A stretch of DNA of 64,000 nt from Candidatus Sericytochromatia bacterium. Lineage in GTDB: Bacteria; Cyanobacteriota; Sericytochromatia; S15B-MN24; UBA4093. Positions 28,389 to 38,300 of the stretch are shown here, one piece after another. The DNA lies in NCBI GenBank assembly GCA_036676985.1, contig JAKFBU010000027.1, positions 233,354 through 297,353 of the forward strand, given 5' to 3'. The position numbers were made by a program, and so were the translations under genes. Each line of letters starts with the position of its first letter. The stretch's first letter is position 1. The notes under the pieces are model-generated. The model saw only the letters and a list, made by a program, of their open reading frames with translations. It was not told the DNA's origin and did not search any database.

Positions 28389-29255
28389 ATGATGGGCATC
28401 TTGTGGGCGGCCGTGGCCTCCATCGGCTGGGGCACCGCCGACTTCTTCGCCAAAGTGAGCTCCGAGCGCATCGGCGCAAGCTCCACCCTGTTCTGGATGC
28501 AGGGCGTGAGCGCGCTGGCCCTGGGCCTGCTCATCCTGCTCACGGGCGCATGGCCCGCGGCTCCTGGCTGGGCCTGGGCCGGGGCCCTCGCGCTCGGCCT
28601 GAGCAACATGGTGGCCGTCTTCTTCCTGTACCGCGCCTTCGAGGTGGGCAAGCTCTCCCTGGTCTCGCCCATCGCTTCGAGCTTTCCGGCCGTCAGCCTC
28701 CTGCTCGCCCTGATCTTCCTCGACGCCCCCTGGACGCCCCTCAAGGCGGCGGGCATCGTGACCATCCTCGGAGGCACGCTCCTCGCCTCCCTGGTCCCGG
28801 GCGACGCATCGGCCGAGGAGCGCCTGCGCCCCGTCGCCAACGGCGTGCCCGAGGCCCTCGTGGCATGCCTCGTCACGGGGGGCACCATGTTCGGGCTCGC
28901 CTACGTGGCCGAGCCGCTCGGCAGCCTGACGTCGACCTGGGTCCTGCGGGCGGTGGCCACCGCCCTCCTCTTGATCGGCCTGGGCCTGCGGCGGGCCATC
29001 GTGGCGCCGCCCACGGGGCGCCTCTGGGCCGTGGTGCTCGCGGTGGCGGCCTTCGACACGCTCGCCTTCGTGGGGTACAACCAGTCGCTCGTGGGCGGAG
29101 AGGTGGGTCTCGCCGCCCCCATCTCGGGCACGTTCGCCATCGTGACGCTGGTGCTCGCACGCGTGGTGCTGAAAGAGCGCCTGAAGCCCCACCAGTGGCT
29201 GGGGGTGCTCGCGGTGCTCACGGGAATCGGGCTGGTGTCCCTGCCTCAGGGCTGA
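28389..29255 (+). CDS. EamA/DMT transporter
   Basis: Two EamA repeats; WGTADF, SLVSPI, LKERL. Confidence 0.88.
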   Translation: MMGILWAAVASIGWGTADFFAKVSSERIGASSTLFWMQGVSALALGLLILLTGAWPAAPGWAWAGALALGLSNMVAVFFLYRAFEVGKLSLVSPIASSFPAVSLLLALIFLDAPWTPLKAAGIVTILGGTLLASLVPGDASAEERLRPVANGVPEALVACLVTGGTMFGLAYVAEPLGSLTSTWVLRAVATALLLIGLGLRRAIVAPPTGRLWAVVLAVAAFDTLAFVGYNQSLVGGEVGLAAPISGTFAIVTLVLARVVLKERLKPHQWLGVLAVLTGIGLVSLPQG

Positions 29256-29578
29256 ACCCGCAGGTGCTCCACCTCGGGGGCGATCGCCGCGAGGGCGATC
29301 GCCCCCTTGTCCGTGAGCGAGCGCCACGTCATGACGAGCACGCCCTTGCGCAGGGTCTCCTCGCTGTGCTGGCGCAGGAAGCGCACGTCCTCGCCCAGGA
29401 GGATGCTGCCCTGCTCGCGACCCTCGGGGCGCATGCCGCCCAGCTCGTCGGCCAGGTAGGCCGTCAGGTCGTTGACGAGCTCCACGTTCTCCTTGTCGTC
29501 CAGGGTGAGGCGCAGGGTGAGCTCGTAGGGATGCTTGGGGCCGGGCTCGGGTTCGGCCCGCTTGAACCAGTTGCGCAT
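29246..29578 (-). CDS. Hypothetical protein
   Basis: GGAGG RBS and codon bias; no family recognised. Confidence 0.6.
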   Translation of the reverse strand: MRNWFKRAEPEPGPKHPYELTLRLTLDDKENVELVNDLTAYLADELGGMRPEGREQGSILLGEDVRFLRQHSEETLRKGVLVMTWRSLTDKGAIALAAIAPEVEHLRVQP

Positions 29579-29640
29579 GCGCGTGCCTCCAAGAAACGCG
29601 AGGGAACCGGTCTCCCGGTCCCCTCGCAAGTCTGGCCTTT

Positions 29641-29722
29641 TAGAGCACCTAACAAAACCAGGCATGTGAAACCTTTGGCCGCCTATCGGCGGCTCGTAGG
29701 AACAGTCTTGTTAGGCGCTCTC
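29641..29722. repeat. 82-bp structured MITE-like element, copy 1 (intergenic)
   Basis: Terminal IR AGAGCACCTAACAAAAC / GTCTTGTTAGGCGCTCT; inner hairpin GCCGCC-N4-GGCGGC; 69/82 identical to the inverted copy at 32826. Confidence 0.85.
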
Positions 29723-29727
29723 GTGGC

Positions 29728-29994
29728 CTAGTGGTGGGCGTGGCCCTCGAGGTGCGAGATGACGTGGTTGAACTCGTTCTCGTCCTCGATGTTGACGAGC
29801 GTGTCGTTCTCCATGCGCATGAGGAGCACTTCGGGCTCGTCGGCCTCGACGTTCTCGGGCTTGGTCAGCAGGGCGTACTGCTTGCCGTGGATCTCGACGA
29901 CGTCGAGGATGACGAAGTCCTCTTCGTTGCCGTCCTCGTCGACCATCGTGATGACGCTCAGTTCCTGCTCGTCGTCGTGTTCGTGCTCAGCCAT
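29728..29994 (-). CDS. DUF1292-family acidic protein
   Basis: ITMVDEDGNEEDF, GKQYALL, IEDENEF. Confidence 0.85.
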   Translation of the reverse strand: MAEHEHDDEQELSVITMVDEDGNEEDFVILDVVEIHGKQYALLTKPENVEADEPEVLLMRMENDTLVNIEDENEFNHVISHLEGHAHH

Positions 29995-30094
29995 CGGGAT
30001 TGAACTCCTTATTTCGGGGAACGACTCAGCGCTCCGTCGGCGCCTTGGTCAGCACCTGCTTCAAAGTAGATGATTATACTACCATCCGGGCACT

Positions 30095-30298
30095 CTAGCC
30101 CTCGGCCGGTAGCTGAAAGCTCTCGTCTCCCATGGCGACCTCGGCCCGCTCGCTCATCCTCGCCCTTTCCGCCGCGGAGAGGGGCTCGTGGCAGAGATGG
30201 CAGCGCTCCGGGAGGGCGCGGGTCTCGCGGGCCGTCTCGCCCCAGTGCAGCTTTTCGTGACAGTGGGGGCACTGGGCGGTGTAGATGAGGATGGGCAT
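30095..30298 (-). CDS. Small zinc-ribbon protein
   Basis: CPHC...CHLC; GGAG RBS. Confidence 0.6.
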   Translation of the reverse strand: MPILIYTAQCPHCHEKLHWGETARETRALPERCHLCHEPLSAAERARMSERAEVAMGDESFQLPAEG

Positions 30299-30434
30299 GG
30301 GGCGGACTCCGGGGCTCGGGCGACAACGCTCCAGCCTAAGGCCTATCGCCTGGGGCGACAAGGGCAAGGCCGCCAACGCCGGAACGCCCGACCCGGCAGG
30401 CGAACCTACGGGGTCGGGCGTTTCGGGGGCGGGG

Positions 30435-30698
30435 CTACGCCCGGATCTTGGTGAAGCAGGGGCGACAGTAGACCGGCTTGCCGTTGGTCGGCTCGAAGGG
30501 CAGGGTGGTCGCCGCCTGGCAGGCGCTGCAGATGGCCGGGTAGTCCGGCCGCGAGCTGAAGCGGCCCACACCGCCCAGCGACGGCGCCTCGGGAGCGCGG
30601 GAGCGGGAAGCGGAGGGCTTCTTCTTCCGCTTCTTGTATTTCATGGCGTACTCCTCGTTCCGCCGGATCTTCTCGAGCTTGGTCTTGTTCTTGCCCAA
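30435..30698 (-). CDS. CxxC-x17-CxxC domain protein with basic N-terminus
   Basis: CSAC..TTLPFEPTNGKPVYCRPCF. Confidence 0.85.
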   Translation of the reverse strand: MGKNKTKLEKIRRNEEYAMKYKKRKKKPSASRSRAPEAPSLGGVGRFSSRPDYPAICSACQAATTLPFEPTNGKPVYCRPCFTKIRA

Positions 30699-30903
30699 AA
30701 CGACCTCCTGCTGTGCTGTGGTGGCACCCCATCAACAGGAGCATCCTAAGCCGATCCGGCGAACGGTCCGTAGTGGCCGGCGGCCAAGATCATCGGCAGT
30801 ATTGCCGAAGTTTGTTAAATATTATTACGAGTTAGCGTTTCCATATCAATAGCATCACCCCCGGCTCGAGGATCGAGCCGGGGGTGGCAAAGGGGGCGAC
30901 GGG

Positions 30904-31362
30904 CTAGGTGGTGAGGCGATCCTTGAGGGCCCGGCGCAGGAGGGAGCGTTGCTTGCGGAGGCTGTCGAGGGCCGACTTCAGCTCATCGGTGGAGTGGGTC
31001 TGGAGCAGCTCGGTCACCTTGATCTTGCTCGAATGGCGGTTTTCCAGCTTGGTGATCCGCTCGTCGAGGCGTGCGATGCGCTCCATCATCGAGTCGTGCA
31101 GGCGATCGCGCTTTTCCTTGAGCTCCTGCAGGATCTCGACCGGGCTGCGGCGGTTACGGCGCCCGGCGGCAGCCTTGGCGGTCTTCGCCGCCTTCTCCAT
31201 CACGCCGGCCTTGCCCTTGGTGGGGGTCGAGGTCGCCTTGCCCTTGGCGGGCGCAGGGGACTTGGTCGCGGTCGCCTTGGGAGTCGCCACCTTGACCGAT
31301 CCGTTCGCCGAGGCGCGGCGAGACGACTTCTTCTGAGCCGGCTTGGTCAACAGCTGGGGCAT
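30904..31362 (-). CDS. Lys/Ala/Thr-rich basic protein with coiled coil (histone H1-like)
   Basis: KATATKSPAPAKGK low-complexity region then heptad-like helix; GGAGGA RBS. Confidence 0.7.
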   Translation of the reverse strand: MPQLLTKPAQKKSSRRASANGSVKVATPKATATKSPAPAKGKATSTPTKGKAGVMEKAAKTAKAAAGRRNRRSPVEILQELKEKRDRLHDSMMERIARLDERITKLENRHSSKIKVTELLQTHSTDELKSALDSLRKQRSLLRRALKDRLTT

Positions 31363-31556
31363 GAGCACTCCTCCATCATGTCAGCGAATCCTGGCCGTCC
31401 GTGGGCGGCATCCGCTGGAACGTCGTAAAGCTTGTTTGCTGAATGTAACAAATGTTTAAGCGACTGACAACTCCCCGACCGGCCTCGACGGCGCTTTTTT
31501 TCATGGGAAACGTCCCGGCCTGCTCGCGCGGGCCGGGACGTTTCGAAGGGGGGAGG

Positions 31557-32882
31557 CTACTTCAGGGCGGCGAGGAACTCGTCCCACTGGGTCTTGGCGG
31601 CAAACGAGGTGTCCTTGTAGACGGGATCGACCTGGCCCTTGAGCGGCAGGTAGATCGAGAGGCCGCGGGGCACCTTCTTCTCCTCGCGGGCGCTGCGGGA
31701 CATGAGGATGGCCCCGCGGCCGTTCTTGAAGAGGGCGTCGTCGACGCGCTGGCAGGCGGCCTGGACGCGGGCGTCGGGCACGCGCAGCTTGAGCTGGTCG
31801 GCGACCTCGTTGAGGTCCCGGTGGTCGAAGTCCGTCTTGTCGTAGCCCGAGACCGAGAAGGGCTCGACCTGCTTGAGGGAGAGCTGGATGGCGCTCTTGT
31901 ACTGGGGCATGGCCGCCATGAGGGCGCGCGCCAGCTCGTCGACGGCCGAGGCCACGTCGTCGGCCTTGGAGAGGTCGATGGCCGACAGCGTGAAGAAGCG
32001 CTTGTCGTCGCCCTTGCGGTTGGCCTTGAGCACCAGGGTGCGGCCCATGGCCGCCGCGTCCTGGACGGGCTTCTTGGCGAGCTCGGCGAGGGTCTTGTCG
32101 TAGTCCATGCCGAGCGGGTAGGAGGCATCCTCGCTCGCGACCATGACCTTGGCGGCGTCCTTGAGCTCGTAGGCGACCTCGGCGGTGGCCATCAGGCAGG
32201 CGTCGAAGGAGACGAGGTCCAGCTTGCGGCCGCCCGAGCCGCCCTTGAGGGCCTGGGCGAGCTGCGGCAGGCGGATGATGGAGGCGGCCATGTCGTCCTG
32301 GGCGATGCCGTAGTAGCCGCCGCCGTGGCTGTTGATGTCGAGCCAGCGGAACTGACCGGGGTAGTCCCCGAAGCCCCACTTGACCGCACGGCGCAGGATC
32401 TCGGGCGAGCCCGTGTTCATGTCGCCGCGCTTGTCGGCGGGCACGTAGGGGCTCGTGACGGCCGCGGGCTTGGCATCCTGGCGGACGTAGTAGCGGTAGG
32501 TGTTCCGGGGACCGAAGTCGTCGGTATAGGCGAGCACGTTGACGTTCTGGCTGGAGCCCGCCTTCTCGAGGGTGTTCAGGTGGTCGGAGAGGGTCGTGCC
32601 CAGGTTGTTCTCGAGGGCCTTGTAGGTGAGGAAGGTGACGGGCTTGGTCTTGCCGACGGTGGGCAACTGCTTGACGAGGGTGCCCTGGGCCGTCTCCTGG
32701 AGCCTGGCCTTGGTGATCTGCTGCTCGATCTCGGGGTAGTCCGCGAGCGCCTCGAGGCTGTCGCCGGCTCCCATGGGGAGCGGCCCCCCGGCCAGACCGC
32801 AACCGGTCAGGGCGTAGAGGCTGATGAGAGCGCCCGACAAAACTGTTCTTTCAAGCCGCCGGATGGCGGCCATAGGCTTCAC
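31557..32882 (-). CDS. Clostripain (C11) family cysteine peptidase lipoprotein
   Basis: Lipobox LTGC; SHGGG catalytic His; FDACLM catalytic Cys; GLSIYLP; start GTG 32882 or ATG 32873. Confidence 0.88.
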   Translation of the reverse strand: MKPMAAIRRLERTVLSGALISLYALTGCGLAGGPLPMGAGDSLEALADYPEIEQQITKARLQETAQGTLVKQLPTVGKTKPVTFLTYKALENNLGTTLSDHLNTLEKAGSSQNVNVLAYTDDFGPRNTYRYYVRQDAKPAAVTSPYVPADKRGDMNTGSPEILRRAVKWGFGDYPGQFRWLDINSHGGGYYGIAQDDMAASIIRLPQLAQALKGGSGGRKLDLVSFDACLMATAEVAYELKDAAKVMVASEDASYPLGMDYDKTLAELAKKPVQDAAAMGRTLVLKANRKGDDKRFFTLSAIDLSKADDVASAVDELARALMAAMPQYKSAIQLSLKQVEPFSVSGYDKTDFDHRDLNEVADQLKLRVPDARVQAACQRVDDALFKNGRGAILMSRSAREEKKVPRGLSIYLPLKGQVDPVYKDTSFAAKTQWDEFLAALK

Positions 32883-32907
32883 ATGCCTGGTTTTGTTGGG
32901 TGCTCTC
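32826..32907. repeat. 82-bp structured MITE-like element, copy 2 (overlaps the clostripain start)
   Basis: GAGAGCGCCCGACAAAAC...GTTTTGTTGGGTGCTCTC 18-bp stem with G-U pairs. Confidence 0.85.
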
Positions 32908-32995
32908 AAGGCCAGTAGTCCAAGGCGTCGAGCCATCCGTCACTCCCGGGAAAGTAAGAAGAGAGGTCCCCGTGCCGGGGACCTCTCGGCGAGGG

Positions 32996-33880
32996 TTACT
33001 GCTCCGAGCGGTAGTCGCCGGTCCAGATGTCGCGGGCCGTGCTCTCGAAGACCTCGTAAGGCATGTGGAAGTAGCCGCTGTCGCCCCAGGCGTCACCCCA
33101 CGAGTTGCGGACCGTCACGATCTGCTTCTGGTTGTCGTAGCCGACCGCGAGGACCGCGTGGCCGCCCAGGCGCTTCTCGCCGGCCTTGGGAACGGGCATC
33201 ATGCCGTCCTTGCCGATGCTGCGGAAGCTCTCCATGACGTCGTAGGCGAAGAGGACGGGCATGCCCTTGGAGAGCGCGACCTTGGTGTCCTCGAGGCCGT
33301 TGATGCGGATGAACTGGTCGTACTTGAACTCCTTGGCCGTGTCGTAGGCGGCGGCAGGAGGCGTGAACGAGAACTTGGTGATGTCGTAGGCCCAGCTCTC
33401 CTCGGTGGCGATGCCGGTGCGGGAGACGACCTCGACGTTGTCGGTGTTGGTGGAGCCGGAGTCGCGGCCCTTGTCCCAGCGCGATTCGTAGTAGAGGAAG
33501 AGGGCCGACAGGGGCACCTGGCGCTCGCCGTCCTTGCGGATCATGTACTCGCGGAAGCCCTTGCCCATGGCGAAGGCGGTGCAGGCGCCGAGCTTGCCCT
33601 GGTTGGCGACGGGCGAGCAGTACTGGCGGTTGTCCATCTTCACGGGCAGGAGGGTCTGGCGGGGCAGCTTGGTGACCTTGTGCTTGTTGGCGACCTTCTG
33701 GTAGCGGGTGTCGCTGAAGCCGAGCACGAACTCCTGACCGCCCTTGGTCTTGATCGAGGGCAGCTCCTCGACGTCGGACGGCATGCGGGCGGTGACGCCG
33801 GAGGCTCCGCAACCGACCACGGAGGCCACGACGCTCGCGAGGATGGCAACCGGCAGGACCCGCTTCAACTTCTTCGACAC
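32996..33880 (-). CDS. Papain-like C1 cysteine peptidase lipoprotein
   Basis: Lipobox VVGC; QGKLGACTAF, GGHAV, RNSWG catalytic motifs. Confidence 0.9.
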   Translation of the reverse strand: MSKKLKRVLPVAILASVVASVVGCGASGVTARMPSDVEELPSIKTKGGQEFVLGFSDTRYQKVANKHKVTKLPRQTLLPVKMDNRQYCSPVANQGKLGACTAFAMGKGFREYMIRKDGERQVPLSALFLYYESRWDKGRDSGSTNTDNVEVVSRTGIATEESWAYDITKFSFTPPAAAYDTAKEFKYDQFIRINGLEDTKVALSKGMPVLFAYDVMESFRSIGKDGMMPVPKAGEKRLGGHAVLAVGYDNQKQIVTVRNSWGDAWGDSGYFHMPYEVFESTARDIWTGDYRSEQ

Positions 33881-34047
33881 GCTTCGCTCACTTTCTCAGA
33901 TCGACGACCGCACTTGTTAGGGGGGTTATCGGGCGGTGGGCGGGGCGAGTCGGTTATATGAAGGCGAAGGATGGCTTAAGTTACGGTTAATTTACACCCG
34001 GAGGGGAGTTAACCGTTTTGAGGGGCTCGTACCGGAGGGCACTGCTC

Positions 34048-34155
34048 TGGACCCCCGCTTGCGCGAGGGTGACGGACCGGTCACTAACGCTCGAATAGCA
34101 TTCACATGAAGACCTGAGTTGGCGCTCCCGTCACCCTCGCGCAAGCGGGGGTCCA
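34048..34155. repeat. REP doublet (28-bp perfect inverted repeat)
   Basis: TGGACCCCCGCTTGCGCGAGGGTGACGG ... CCGTCACCCTCGCGCAAGCGGGGGTCCA. Confidence 0.8.
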
Positions 34156-34183
34156 CCGTCGCCCCATGAGGTGGCGTCAGGTG

Positions 34184-34870
34184 CTAGGCAGAAGCCAGCG
34201 TCCGCCCGTACGCACACGCCGTAGCAAGCGGGCACTCCCCGCAGCGCGGGGCCTGCGGGTGGCAGAAGTGGTGGCCCAGCCCGTCGATGAGGGCGTGGTA
34301 CTCGTTGAAGAGCGGCACGTCCGCCTCCAGGCGCTCCATGAAGAACCGGCGCATGGGCTCGTAGCCGATGCGCTCGTGAAAGTACCCGAGGCGGCTGAAG
34401 ATGCGCCGGGTGTAGGCGTCCACCACGAAGCTCGGGTGCTCGGCCGCGTACAGGAGGATGCAGTCCACCGTCTCCGGCCCCAGGCCATGCACGGCCAAGA
34501 GCTCCGGCCGCAGCTCGGCCATGGGCCGCGCGAAGAGCCGGGCCAGCTCCCCGTCGTAGCGCTCGACCACATGCGCTGCGAGCGACTTGAGCTTCCGGGC
34601 CTTGGCCTTGAAGAAGCGCGACGGGCGGATGAGCGTCTCCAGCACCTCGTCCGGGGCCGTGTGGAGGGCATGCCAGTCCATCATCCCCGCCGCCTTGAGC
34701 TGCGCGAGGCACTTCTCCACGTTGCGCCAGGCCACCGACTGGGTGAGCAGAGCCCCCACCATCATCTCGGTGGCGGACTCCGCCGGCCACCAGCCGCGCG
34801 GGCCGAAGTGGGCGAAGAGGCGCTCGTAGAGCGCATGCAAATCGGTTGAACGGGCGTCTTGCAAAATCAC
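34184..34870 (-). CDS. HhH-GPD endonuclease III-like DNA glycosylase
   Basis: WWPAES, LTQSVAWRNV, GLGPETVD, VVDAYTRR, C..P.C..CPL...C; start approximate (GTG 34870 or TTG 34864). Confidence 0.85.
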   Translation of the reverse strand: MILQDARSTDLHALYERLFAHFGPRGWWPAESATEMMVGALLTQSVAWRNVEKCLAQLKAAGMMDWHALHTAPDEVLETLIRPSRFFKAKARKLKSLAAHVVERYDGELARLFARPMAELRPELLAVHGLGPETVDCILLYAAEHPSFVVDAYTRRIFSRLGYFHERIGYEPMRRFFMERLEADVPLFNEYHALIDGLGHHFCHPQAPRCGECPLATACAYGRTLASA

Positions 34871-35017
34871 GAAGGCAGTATACCAGGCGATGACCGGAGT
34901 CACACCGGACGAGTGACCTTCGTCGAAGAACACATGGCCGTAACAAACGATCAATCGAGGGTTCAGGCCCGCGGGACATAAGAGGATCAGGCGAGGGTTA
35001 TCCAAAGGAGGTGCAAG

Positions 35018-35164
35018 ATGGTGGTTTACGTCCTCGGGTTCGTCGCCCTGAGCGTGATCAGCAACGGCGCCCTCATGTGGCTGGTCCGCCGGGCCCCCGT
35101 CGTCGAGGGCCGCCCGCGCGCCCACATGATGCCCAAGCCGCCGGAGCTTCCCCTCGTGGGCTAG
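35018..35164 (+). CDS. Small single-TM protein (48 aa)
   Basis: AAAGGAGGTG RBS; MVVYVLGFVALSVISNGALMWLVRR...; terminator at about 35191-35215. Confidence 0.65.
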   Translation: MVVYVLGFVALSVISNGALMWLVRRAPVVEGRPRAHMMPKPPELPLVG

Positions 35165-35358
35165 CCCCAAGCGTCCTCATCCCCCGCTTCGACCCGCCCT
35201 CTGGGGCGGGTTTTCCTTGTCGAACGCCCGCCCCTTGTCAACATATCAACGTGAACCTGGCCCGATCCCACGGCTGGAGCGGAGTCGGCATCCCGTCTAT
35301 CACACGTTGATTTGCTTCCGTAGACACCGCGTCCGGCGATGGTTTAGGCTCCATGCAT

Positions 35359-35372
35359 CGAACAAGTGTTCT
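35359..35372 (+). promoter_or_regulatory. SOS (LexA) box, GAAC-N4-GTTC type
   Basis: CGAACAAGTGTTCT about 20 bp upstream of dnaE2. Confidence 0.8.
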
Positions 35373-35392
35373 AACGCTTCGGAGGCCGACCC

Positions 35393-38300
35393 ATGAGCCA
35401 GCTTGTCCACCTGCAAACCCACTCCGTCTACTCGCTCCGCCGCAGCCTGCTCGGGATCGACGCCCTGGTGGCGGCCGTCGCCGAACGCGGACACCGGGCC
35501 GTCGCCCTCACGGACGTCGACGGCGTCTATGGCATGGTCCCCTTCGTCAAGGCCGCCCGCTCTGCCGGCGTGAAGCCCATCGTCGGCGCGGAGCTGACGC
35601 TCGACGTACCGGGCCTCGTGGCCGACAAGCCCCACCGCGTCACCCTCCTCGCTCGCGACGCCCGGGGCTACTCCAACCTCTCGCGGCTCGTCAGCCGCTT
35701 CCACCTGACGGACCGTGTGGGCGTCGGGCTCGCCGACCTCGCCGCCCATGCCCGGGGGCTCACGCTCCTGACCGGCGGCCAGCACGGTGCGCTTCCCCGC
35801 ATGCAGGCGACCATGGGGCCTGATGCCGCCCTGAAGCTCCTGGGCGACTGGAAGGACGCCTTCGGCCCCGAGCACTGCCACGTGCAGCTCGGGCCCTGGT
35901 GGCCCGCCTCACGCCTCCTCGAGCTCGCCGACAAGGCGGGCCTCGGCGTGGTCGCGGCCCAGGAGGCATGCTACCTCCGGCCCGAGGAGGAGGAGACCTG
36001 GAAGCTCTTGCAGGCGGGCCACGGCCTGGGCCACCCGGCGCCGGGGCCGCGCCACCTCGCGACCGACGCGGAGCTCCTCAGGGCCTGGAAGGAGGTCCCC
36101 CGGGCGATCGCGGCCATGGGGGCGATCGCCGAGACCTGCCGTTACGAGCCCGTGTTCGGCGTGCCGCGCCTGCCCGAGTACCGGGGCATCGAGGGGCTCT
36201 CGAACCCGGACTACCTGCGTAGGCTCTGCGCGGAGGGCCTCGAGCGCCGCTACGCGGGCCGCCCCCTCCACGCCGAGGCAAGAGAGCGCATGCAGTACGA
36301 GCTCTCCGTCATCGAGCAGATGGGCTTCGTGGACTACTTCCTCATCGCCTGGGACATCGTGCGCTTCGCCCGGAGCCGGGGGATCCCCTACATCCCCCGC
36401 GGGAGCGCGGCGGGCAGCCTCGTCCTCCACCTCTTGGACGTGACCTCCATCTGCCCTTTGGAGCACACGCTCTGCTTCGAGCGCTTCCTGCATGTGGAGC
36501 GCAAGGCCCTGCCCGACATCGACATGGACTTCGACTGGGAGCGCCGGGACGAGCTCATCGACTACTGCTTCTCGATCTACGGCGAGGACCATGTGGCCCG
36601 CATCGCCACCCACCAGCACCACGGCCCGCGCGGGGCCATTCGCCTGGCGGGTGCGGCCCATGGCCTCGAAGAGGAGACGGTGGGCAAGCTCGCCCGCAAG
36701 ATGCCCTGGTCGGGGCCGGTCGCGAGCGCTCCGGATATCCAGGGTCTGCCCCTGCACAAGGAGCCCTACAAGAGCCTGATCGCCACCGCCGACTCCTTCC
36801 AGGGGCTGCCCGATCACCTGAGCCTGCACCCCTGCGGAATCGTCATCAGCCGCGAGCCCCTCACCGAGGTCGTCCCCCTCGAGGCCTCGGCCATGGGGCC
36901 CATCGTCACTCAGTTCGAGATGCACGGGGTCGAGGAGGTGGGCCTCCTCAAGATGGACCTCCTGTGCAACCGCAACCTACGCATCCTTGCGGACGTGGTG
37001 GCCCTGGTCGAACAAAGGCACGGCATCCGCCTGGTGCCCGACGAGCTCCCTCTGGACGACGCGCGGGCCTTCGAGCTCATCCGCACCGGGCGCACGCTCG
37101 GCATCTACCAGCTCGAGTCGGGCGGCGTGCAGGGTCTCCTGCGCCAGTTCCTGCCGACGCATGTCGAGGACATCACGGCCATCACGAGCCTCTACCGCCC
37201 GGGGCCCATCGACGGGGGCATCACGCCCCGCTACGTGGCCAGGCGCCACGGCCAGGAGCCCGTCACCTACCCGGACCCGTGCCTCGAGGGGGTCTTGAAG
37301 CACACCTACGGCCTCATCCTCTTCCAGGAGCAGTGCCTCCAGGTGACCTCGGTGTACGCCGGCATGAGCATGGGCGCCTCGGACAACCTGCGCCGGGGGA
37401 TCGCCAAGCGCATCCGCCCGGAGGTGGAGCGCATCAAGGCCCCCTTCTTCGAGGGTGCTGCACGGCTGGGGCGCGACCCCAGGTGCACCGAGGAGGTCTG
37501 GCGGTTGCTCGAGAGCTTCGCGGGCTACGGCTTCGTCAAGGCGCACGCGGCGTCGTGCGCGTCCTTGGCCGTGCGCGAGGCCTACATCAAGGCGCGCTGG
37601 CCCGTCGAGTACCTCGCCTGCGTGCTCTCCACGGGCATGGGCTACTACCCGGCCCGGGTGTACGTCGAGGACGCCCGCCACTTCGGCGCCGAGATCGCCC
37701 TGCCGTGCGTGAACCGCTCGGGGGCGACCTACACCGTCGAGGGCGAGAACGTCCTGCGCGTCGGCCTCTCTTACCTGCATGGCATCGGCCCGGCCGGGGT
37801 GCGCGCGATCCTGGACGCCCGCGAGGCCGGGCCCTTCACGAGCCTCGCGGATCTCAAGCACCGCACGGGCCTCGCGCGCCCGGAACTGGAGACCTTGATC
37901 CGGCTGGGCGCCTGCGAGTGCTTCGGCCTGAGCCGCCCGGTCCTGTTGCGGGAGCTCTCGGGGCTCGGCAAGAGCACCCCACCGCCCGCCTCGCAGCTGA
38001 GGCTCTTCACGGAGGTGGACCGTCCGGCTCCCAAGGTGCCCGATCACGGGGACTACCCGCTCGCCATGCGGCAGTCCATCGAGCGGGAGATGCTGGGGTT
38101 CACGGTCACGGTCCAGCCCCTGCCCCGGGAGGTGGGCAGCGTCTCCTTCGCCGAGGCCAAGGCGCTGCCGCGCAAGGCCCGGGTGAGCGTGGTGGCGGAG
38201 GTCGTCTCGCGCTTCGGCCACCGGACCAAGAAGGGCGAGCGCATGTCCTTCCTCACGCTCTCGGACGGCGTGGAGCACTGCCAGGCCGTGCTGTTCCCGG

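Noticed and set aside
27380-29731. 783-aa ORF spanning the MFS and EamA genes
   Set aside because: GC-rich shadow frame; only its last codons matter, as part of the 82-bp repeat
34880-34920. Hammerhead- or riboswitch-like GCGATGA-CCGG..CCGG-ACGAG
   Set aside because: Lacks the CUGANGA/GAAA core and does not fit riboswitch consensus sequences I know
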